A stretch of 11,576 nucleotides of DNA, taken from the IMG/VR virus record IMGVR_UViG_3300021060_000024, positions 1-11,576 of that record; one strand, written 5' to 3'. Shown one piece after another: positions 5,802 to 11,576 of the stretch. The translations under genes were made by a program, and so were the position numbers. Positions within the stretch are counted from its first letter, which is position 1. Each line of letters opens with the position of its first letter. The DNA is from a virus. Taxonomy: Duplodnaviria; Heunggongvirae; Uroviricota; Caudoviricetes. A model generated the notes under the pieces. The model was given only the letters and a program-made list of their open reading frames with translations. It was not told where the DNA came from and did no database searches.

Positions 5802-8800
5802 ATGACCCTCCTGCTGCTGGCCCGCTCGGCCGCACCCACCGGTGCGCGCACCAACTGGGCGCCCAACCCCTCCTTCGAGCAGTCGATCACCACTGCCTGG
5901 GAGCAGTACGGCGTCGCCGCGGGCACCCACATCCGGGTCACCGACACCAGCCAGGTCGGCGGCGCGAGCCTGCGCCTGGCCTCGGCCGACGTCGTCGACA
6001 TGGGTCAGTGGACCCGCCTGAGCCTGCCCGCGGGGACGTGGACGGCCTCGATGTGGATGCGCACCGAGGCGGTCTCGGCCAACGCCGTCTTCTGCGTGCG
6101 CGAGCCGATCAACTACGGCAGCCTCGGCACCGAGAACCACGTCACGGGCACCACGGGCTGGACGCGCTACGCCACCACGTTCACCCTGTCCCAGGCTGGC
6201 GAGGTCGACTTCCTCGTCGGCCTGGGCTCCTACGGCCCGGCCAGCTCGGGCACGGTCTGGTTCGACGCGCTGCTGGTCGAGGCCGCCAGCAGTGCCGGGC
6301 CCTACATCGACGGCTCGATCGCCAACGCCGGGCGCACCACGCGCTGGACGGGCGCGCCCCACAACTCGCGCACCACCGCCGTGGACTCGGCGCGCTCGCT
6401 GGCCCTGCTGGGCACCGACTTCTCCCAGGCGCTGGACACCTCACGCTGGGGCACCTACGGCTCCCCCGCGGTCACCGGTGGCGAGCTGCGCCTGCCGCTG
6501 GACCCGACCTACCACGGCATCCAGTCCGGCGGGAACTACAGCATCGAGGGGGACTGGCTCAGCTTCCGGGTCACCAACCCCCCGCCGGGCAACATCGCCG
6601 GGGCCAACCCCGGCCTGTACGCCCGCGCGCGCAGCGCCTCGAACGCGAACACCAGCGTGGAGGTGGCCGTCGTCGGTGACGGCGCCAACGGCGTCCGGCT
6701 CAACGTCGTCGCCCACGTCAGCGGGCAGTCCGACACCTACCCCGTCAGCATCACCTGGGACTCCACCGCTCACCGCTGGCTGCGCCTGCGCGGCGAGGGG
6801 GGCTCGATCCGCGTCGAGGCCGCCCCGGACGGGCTGGCCTGGGCGCCGATCGCCACGGTCGCCGCGCCCTGGGACCTGTACGCCACCAGCGTCGAGATCG
6901 GCGCCGGTGACTACACCGGGGACCGCGCCACCTACGCGGCCATCGACGACCTCAACCTCGCGCCGTCGACCGTGGCCACGGTCACCGCGGCCGCGGCGCT
7001 GAGCGCCACCTCGACCCTGAGCGCCAGCGCCACGCCCATCGTGCAGCCGCTGGCGGCGCTGAGCGCCACCTCCACCCTGGCGGCCGACGCGCGCGCCGCG
7101 GTCCCCGCGGCCGCGGCACTGACGAGCACCAGCACGCTGAGCACGACGGCCCCGGCCGCCACGGTGACGCCGGGCGTGGCCCTGGGCGCCACGAGCACGC
7201 TGAGCGCGGCCTCGACCAAGGCGGTCCCCGCCGCCGCGGCGCTGAGCGCCTCCTCGACCCTGGTGGCCGACGAGCGCTCCATCGTGCTGCCCAGCGCCGC
7301 GCTGGGCGCCACCAGCACCCTGGAGGCCAGCGCGGCCGCCACGGTGGCCGCGAGCGCCGACCTGGTCACCACCTCCACCCTGAGCGCCGCCCCCCTGGCC
7401 GTGCGCCAGATGGCCGCGAGCCTGGTGGCCACCTCGACTCTGGTGGCCGACGAGCGCTCCACCGTGCTGCCCTCGGCGGCGCTGTCGAGCACCTCGGCGC
7501 TGAGCGCGGCGTCGAGCAAGGCGGTCTCGGCCGCCGCGGACCTGGTCACCAGCTCGACCCTGGCGGCCGCGCCGAGCACGACGCAGCAGGCCGCGGCGGC
7601 CCTGAGCGCCACCTCGACCATGGGCGTGGCCGCCAGCGCGGCCACCGCTGGCGCTGCGGCGCTGAGCACCTCCAGCACCCTGGCCGCGGGGTCGCCGGGC
7701 GTGACGGTGCTGGCCAGCGCGGCGCTGAGCACCTCCAGCATCTTGGCGGCCGACGAGCGCTCCACCGTCCCGGCGGCCGCGGCCCTGAGCGCCACGAGCA
7801 CGCTGAGCGCGGCCTCGACCAAGGCGGTCCCCGCCGCGGCGGCCCTGAGCGCGAGCTCGGCCCTGGCGGCCGACGGCGTGCGCACCACCAGCGCCGCGGC
7901 GGCCCTGAGCGCGAGCTCGACCCTGAGTGCGTCCGCGGTCGGCGTCGTGCCGGTCGCCGCCGTGCTGGTGGCCACCTCCACCCTGGCGGCCGCGCCGATG
8001 CGCACCACCGGCGCCGCAGCGGCCCTGAGCGCCACCTCGACCCTGGGCGCCAGCGTGGCGCGCACGCAGTCGCTCAGCGCTACCCTGGTGGCGTCGTCGA
8101 GCCTGGCGGCAACTACTCAGGCGTCGGTCTCGGCCGCCGCGGACCTGTCGGGCTCCTCGACGCTGAGCACCGCCGCGGCTGCCACGGCCGCAGGGTCGGC
8201 GACGCTGGTCGCCACCTCGACGCTGACGAGCGACGCGCCGGCCGTGGACGTCGCCACCGCGGCGGCGCTCAGCTCCTCCTCGACCCTGAGCGCGGCTGCA
8301 GCCGCGGCGGTCCCCGCCGCCGCGGCGCTGAGCGCGTCCTCGGCCCTGAGCGCGAGCACCGCGCGCGCCGTCGTGGCGAGCGCCCCGCTGGCGGCATCCT
8401 CTACGCTGACCGTGGCTGGCGCCGCCGCCGTCCCGATCGCGGTCGCCCTGAACGCCACGGTCGTCACGGCTGCGAGCCCCGCAGTCCTGGTGCTCCCGGC
8501 GGCCGCGCTGGCCAGCAGCTCGACGCTGAGCACCACGCCCACCGTGGTCCGCCCGACCGCGGTGGCCCTGAGCGCCTCCAGCACCCTGGTCGCGGCGCCG
8601 GTGCGCACCACCAGCGCCGCGGCGGCCTTGAGCGCCTCCAGCACCCTGACGGCCGACGAGCGCTCCACCGTCCTGCCGTCCGCCGCCCTGACCTCGGCCA
8701 GCACGCTGACGGCCGCATCGAGCAAGGCCGTGGCGGCCGCCGCCGCGCTCAGCGCCACCAGCACGCTGTCGGCAGACGAGACCACCACGGTGGCGGCCAG

Positions 8801-10535
8801 CGCGGCGCTGACGAGCACCTCGACGACGAACGTCACCCCCGCGGGCGCCGCGAGCGCCGCGGTGGCCATGTCGGCGTCGAGCACGACGTCGGCTACCCTC
8901 GACATCGCCGTCGTCGCCAGCGCGGCGCTGGGGGCCTCCAGCGTGCTGGCGGCGGCGCCCGAAGTTGCCGTCTCGGGCGCGGCGACGCTGGCCAGCGCCT
9001 CTATGCTGAGCGTCGCCGCGGTGCGCACGCAGCCCACGGCTGCAGCGCTGGCGGCAACGTCCACCCTCGCGGCTGCGCCCACCAAGACCGTCCCCGGCGC
9101 CGCGGCGCTGAGCGCCACCTCGACCCTGAGCGCGGCCAGCACCAAGACCGTGAGCCCGGCCGCGGCGCTGAGCGCGTCCTCGACCCTGAGCGCGGCCTCG
9201 ACCAAGATGGTGCCCGCGGCAGCAGCCCTCGGTGCAGCCTCGACGCTGAGCGCCAGCCCGGCCGCGGCCGCGAGCGCCGCGGTCGCGCTGTCGTCCGCCT
9301 CGACGCTCTCCGCGACCCCTGCCGTCACCGCGCAGGCCAGTGCGACGCTGAGCGCCACGAGCACGCTGGCGGTGGGCGCCGAGCGCATCACGGCAGTCGA
9401 GGCGGCCCTGGGCGCGGCCAGCGTGATGGAGGTGGCGGCCAGCGCGAGCGTGTCCGCCGCGGCGGCGCTGGAGAGCACCTCCTTCCTGATCGCCACGACG
9501 ATCGCGACTCAGAGCGCCAGCGCGGACCTGGTGACCACCTCCACGCTGGCGGTGGCGGCCCAGCGCGTCGTGGTCACGGCCGCGGCGCTGGTGGCCTCCA
9601 GCGCCATGAACAGCGCGGCCACCAAGGCCGTCCCGACCGCGGCGGCGCTGCAGACCCGTTCCACGCTCACCACCAGCTCGCGCAAGACCGTCATCACCCG
9701 CGCGGCCCTGAGCACGGCCTCGACGCTGAGCACGACGTCGAGCAAGACGGTCCCCGCGGCCGCCGCGCTGGTGGCCTCCAGTGCTCTGGCCAGCGCCGCG
9801 CGCGCGAGCGTCGAGGCGGCCGCCGCGCTGCAGGCCATGTCCGCGCTGGGGCCGGCCGCGGCCATCGAGGCGCCGGGCGCGGTGGAGATGATCAACTCCT
9901 CCACCACCGCGGTGAGTGCGAGCGCTACCGTCCCTGTCGCCGCGGCCCTGGCCGCCGTCTCGACGCTCGGGGTCGCGGTCCAGGCCCAGGTGGCCGCCGG
10001 GACCACGCTGGCGGCCACCTCGGCTCTGGCGGTCTCGGTCGTCCGGGTCCGCCCCGCGGCCGCGGCGCTGAGCGTGAGCTCGGTCATGGGCGTGGCCGCG
10101 GTGCAGGCGGGTCAGGTCACCGTCGCCATGGTCTCGGCCTCGGTGCTCAGCGCCAGCGCCACTCGGGTCCGCCCCGCGGCCGCGGCGCTGAGCGCGGCCA
10201 GCACTCTGGGCACCGCGGTGGTGCGCGCCCGCCCGGCCGCGGCAAGCCTGAGCGCGGCCAGCACCCTGAGCGCGGCGGCGCGCGCGGCGGTCCAGGGCGC
10301 GGCGGCCCTGGCGAGCACCGCCACGATGGTGGTCGACGCCGGGCTGATCGAGGCGCGCCCGGCCACCGACCTGCAGTTCACCGCCGACCTGCGCGAGGCC
10401 TGGAACGCTGGCCCGGCCCACCTGGCCTGGATCGTGGGGTCGCCGGTCCTGGCGGACTACAACCTCCGGACCCTCCTGGCCTGGGATGCTGGTCTGCAGA
10501 CCGACCGGGAGATCGACTCCCCCTACGTGGACTAG
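5802..10535 (+). CDS. Giant repeat-containing fibre/adhesin-like virion protein, 1577 aa: CBM-like domain + ConA/lectin-like domain + 56 x 20-aa repeats + short Trp-containing C-terminus
   Basis: SD GGAGG 8 nt upstream. NWAPNPSFE...WTRYATTFT...VWFDALLVE...PYIDGS...WTGAPHNS (5853-6374) resembles carbohydrate-binding-module-like domains of phage tail proteins. DFSQALDTSRW...HRWLRLRGEGGSIRVEAAPDGLAW...IDDLN (about 6411-6959) resembles a ConA-like beta-sandwich. The repeat region is 6987-10355. Confidence 0.85.
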   Translation: MTLLLLARSAAPTGARTNWAPNPSFEQSITTAWEQYGVAAGTHIRVTDTSQVGGASLRLASADVVDMGQWTRLSLPAGTWTASMWMRTEAVSANAVFCVREPINYGSLGTENHVTGTTGWTRYATTFTLSQAGEVDFLVGLGSYGPASSGTVWFDALLVEAASSAGPYIDGSIANAGRTTRWTGAPHNSRTTAVDSARSLALLGTDFSQALDTSRWGTYGSPAVTGGELRLPLDPTYHGIQSGGNYSIEGDWLSFRVTNPPPGNIAGANPGLYARARSASNANTSVEVAVVGDGANGVRLNVVAHVSGQSDTYPVSITWDSTAHRWLRLRGEGGSIRVEAAPDGLAWAPIATVAAPWDLYATSVEIGAGDYTGDRATYAAIDDLNLAPSTVATVTAAAALSATSTLSASATPIVQPLAALSATSTLAADARAAVPAAAALTSTSTLSTTAPAATVTPGVALGATSTLSAASTKAVPAAAALSASSTLVADERSIVLPSAALGATSTLEASAAATVAASADLVTTSTLSAAPLAVRQMAASLVATSTLVADERSTVLPSAALSSTSALSAASSKAVSAAADLVTSSTLAAAPSTTQQAAAALSATSTMGVAASAATAGAAALSTSSTLAAGSPGVTVLASAALSTSSILAADERSTVPAAAALSATSTLSAASTKAVPAAAALSASSALAADGVRTTSAAAALSASSTLSASAVGVVPVAAVLVATSTLAAAPMRTTGAAAALSATSTLGASVARTQSLSATLVASSSLAATTQASVSAAADLSGSSTLSTAAAATAAGSATLVATSTLTSDAPAVDVATAAALSSSSTLSAAAAAAVPAAAALSASSALSASTARAVVASAPLAASSTLTVAGAAAVPIAVALNATVVTAASPAVLVLPAAALASSSTLSTTPTVVRPTAVALSASSTLVAAPVRTTSAAAALSASSTLTADERSTVLPSAALTSASTLTAASSKAVAAAAALSATSTLSADETTTVAASAALTSTSTTNVTPAGAASAAVAMSASSTTSATLDIAVVASAALGASSVLAAAPEVAVSGAATLASASMLSVAAVRTQPTAAALAATSTLAAAPTKTVPGAAALSATSTLSAASTKTVSPAAALSASSTLSAASTKMVPAAAALGAASTLSASPAAAASAAVALSSASTLSATPAVTAQASATLSATSTLAVGAERITAVEAALGAASVMEVAASASVSAAAALESTSFLIATTIATQSASADLVTTSTLAVAAQRVVVTAAALVASSAMNSAATKAVPTAAALQTRSTLTTSSRKTVITRAALSTASTLSTTSSKTVPAAAALVASSALASAARASVEAAAALQAMSALGPAAAIEAPGAVEMINSSTTAVSASATVPVAAALAAVSTLGVAVQAQVAAGTTLAATSALAVSVVRVRPAAAALSVSSVMGVAAVQAGQVTVAMVSASVLSASATRVRPAAAALSAASTLGTAVVRARPAAASLSAASTLSAAARAAVQGAAALASTATMVVDAGLIEARPATDLQFTADLREAWNAGPAHLAWIVGSPVLADYNLRTLLAWDAGLQTDREIDSPYVD
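6987..10355 (+). repeat. 56 tandem degenerate ~60-bp (20-codon) repeats; consensus xAAALSA[ST]STLSAxxxxxVP
   Basis: Manual parsing gives 53 units of 20 aa and 3 of 21 aa, totalling 1123 aa, which fits exactly between 6987 and 10355. Position 5 is always L or M. Position 9 is Ser in 54 of 56 units. Position 11 is mostly L/M. Confidence 0.92.
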
Positions 10536-10544
10536 GAGGCGGCC

Positions 10545-10853
10545 ATGGCGAGCGCCAAGCTCCCGTTCGGCAGCATCGAGTACCTGCACGTCCCCATCAC
10601 CCGCGACGACGACTCCGTGGCCGTGGACCTCACCGGGGTCCAGATCGAGGTGGCCATCCTGGCCGACGGCGTGGAGCCGAGTGCTCCCGGCGTGACCTGG
10701 CACCTGACGCAGACCCTGGTGAGCGAGGGGGAGGTGCTGGCGCGCTACCTGCTCGACGGCACCACGGCCCGCGGGCGCTGGAACGTGTGGGTGCGCGTGG
10801 GTGCGGGCCCGGAGCTGGCGCTGCGCAAGGCGGGGCTGCTGACGGTCACCTGA
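10545..10853 (+). CDS. Small Ig-like/BppU-N-like beta-sandwich structural protein, 102 aa
   Basis: SD AGGAGG overlaps the upstream TAG, suggesting translational coupling. IEYLHVPIT...VDLTGVQIEVAI...P....W...ARYLL......GRWNVWVRV...PE...R.AGLLTVT is an all-beta pattern I recall from small proteins adjacent to actinophage fibre genes. Confidence 0.65.
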   Translation: MASAKLPFGSIEYLHVPITRDDDSVAVDLTGVQIEVAILADGVEPSAPGVTWHLTQTLVSEGEVLARYLLDGTTARGRWNVWVRVGAGPELALRKAGLLTVT

Positions 10854-10881
10854 GTCCCACCAGGTGATCGCCCTACCCGGC

Positions 10882-10897
10882 TACCCTGCGTGACGTG
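10882..10897 (+). promoter_or_regulatory. Candidate sigma70-type -10 element (TACCCT) giving a leaderless transcript that starts at GTG 10895
   Basis: TANNNT hexamer at 10882-10887, a 7-nt spacer, then GTG. No SD is visible upstream of this gene, unlike most others in the window. No consensus -35. Confidence 0.45.
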
Positions 10898-11350
10898 GCC
10901 TACCCCGTGGACTCCGACGACATCGCAGTGCGCTGGCGCGCGCTCGATGCGGACGAGGCCGCCCTGGCCGAGGTGCTGCTGGAGGACGCCGCCGTGCTGC
11001 TGGACAACCAGCGCCCGGTCCTGGCGGCCGCCTACGCGCTCAAGCCGGGCCTGTTCCTGCCCCTGATCCGCATGGTGCTGGTGCGCGCGGTCAAGCGCGT
11101 GCTGGCCAACCCTGACGCTGTGCGTGGCCAGACCATTGGCGCGGACGGCACGGTCTCCATCAGCTACGGCCTGTCCACGACCAGCACCCAGGTGATCGAC
11201 GGCGTCTACATCGACGACGCCGACCTGGTGGACCTGGACCGTGCGCTGGCCGCGGAGGCTGGAGGCACCGGCCGTCGCCGGGTGCGCTCCGTCCGGCTCC
11301 TCGCCTACGACGAGCCGGTGAACCGCATGTCCATCCTGCCCCTGCCGTGA
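10895..11350 (+). CDS. Head-to-tail adaptor (Gp19/Gp15/Gp42-like connector protein), 151 aa
   Basis: MAYPVDSDDIAVRWRALDADEAALAEVLLEDAAVLL...MVLVRAVKRVLANPDAVRGQTIG...SISY...IDDADLVDL matches the recalled actinophage adaptor pattern (D+..RWR.L...E...A..LL.DA...V...V.RVL.NP.G...ETIG.YSY). Confidence 0.85.
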   Translation: MAYPVDSDDIAVRWRALDADEAALAEVLLEDAAVLLDNQRPVLAAAYALKPGLFLPLIRMVLVRAVKRVLANPDAVRGQTIGADGTVSISYGLSTTSTQVIDGVYIDDADLVDLDRALAAEAGGTGRRRVRSVRLLAYDEPVNRMSILPLP

Positions 11351-11364
11351 CCGAGGAGTCCGAC

Positions 11365-11576
11365 GTGTCCGAGATCCTGCAGCCCGTCAGCGACCTGTCG
11401 GTGCGGCGGCTCGCCGCGCCCGCCGCTCGCCCCGCCATCACCACGGTGGCCGCCGCCGTGGAGGCCATGAGCCCGCGGCGCTACCGCGCGTTCGGCAACC
11501 GCAAGGTGGCCGACTTCAAGCGCTCCAACTTCGAGGCCATCGCTCGCTCGGTGGCCGACATGGCCAAGTTCGAGTC
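11365..11576 (+). CDS. Hypothetical protein (3'-truncated): MSEILQPVSDLSVRRLAAPAARPAITTVAAAVEAMSPRRYRAFGNRKVADFKRSNFEAIARSVADMAKFE...
   Basis: SD GAGGAG (11353-11358) lies 6 nt before GTG 11365. An alternative in-frame GTG at 11347 overlaps the upstream TGA. The frame is open to the window end with GC-biased third positions. Not in the ORF track because it has no stop in the window. Confidence 0.7.
   Translation, partial: MSEILQPVSDLSVRRLAAPAARPAITTVAAAVEAMSPRRYRAFGNRKVADFKRSNFEAIARSVADMAKFE

Larger units (their letters stand above)
1..11576 (+). mobile_element. Head and head-tail joining module of a tailed phage/prophage (siphovirus-like gene order), probably of a high-GC actinobacterium; extends beyond both window edges
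   Basis: Co-oriented, tightly packed genes in the order minor capsid, scaffold, major capsid, head-tail adaptor. GTGA stop/start overlaps and GGAG/GAGG Shine-Dalgarno sites are present. No integrase or att site is in the window, so prophage versus free phage cannot be decided. Confidence 0.93.

Noticed and set aside
5802-5840. Sec signal peptide at MTLLLLARSAAP
   Set aside because: The hydrophobic stretch is only about 5 residues and there is no basic n-region, which is too short for a signal peptide.
6987-10355. CRISPR array, DGR template/variable repeats, or ice-nucleation protein
   Set aside because: The repeats are in-frame, degenerate and coding, with no constant repeat/unique spacer pattern. 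There is no reverse transcriptase or adenine-specific variation. The 20-aa unit does not match the 8/16/48-residue AGYGST-type INP repeat.
6441-10703. 1420-aa antisense ORF
   Set aside because: It is in exact codon register with the sense gene, so stops would need sense TTA, CTA or TCA codons, which high-GC genes avoid. The product is Arg/Gly-rich nonsense, so it is a shadow ORF.

Overview
High-GC DNA (roughly 70-75% by eye, actinobacterial-type codon usage) carrying part of the virion structural operon of a tailed phage or prophage. All genes are on the + strand. The order is: probable portal C-terminus, MuF-like minor capsid/head morphogenesis protein, scaffold, HK97-fold major capsid protein, small post-capsid protein, strong hairpin, a ~7 kb five-gene cassette, head-to-tail adaptor, and a truncated unknown gene. 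The cassette is the unusual part. It encodes a Cys/His-rich 88-aa protein, a 133-aa beta-rich fibre-type protein, a 372-aa spike-like protein, a 1577-aa protein with two glycan-binding-like domains followed by 56 tandem 20-aa Ala/Ser/Thr repeats, and a 102-aa Ig-like protein. It sits inside the head module rather than at the end of a tail module, suggesting a possible long capsid- or neck-attached fibre. All family assignments come from recalled motifs and gene order; no database search was run.
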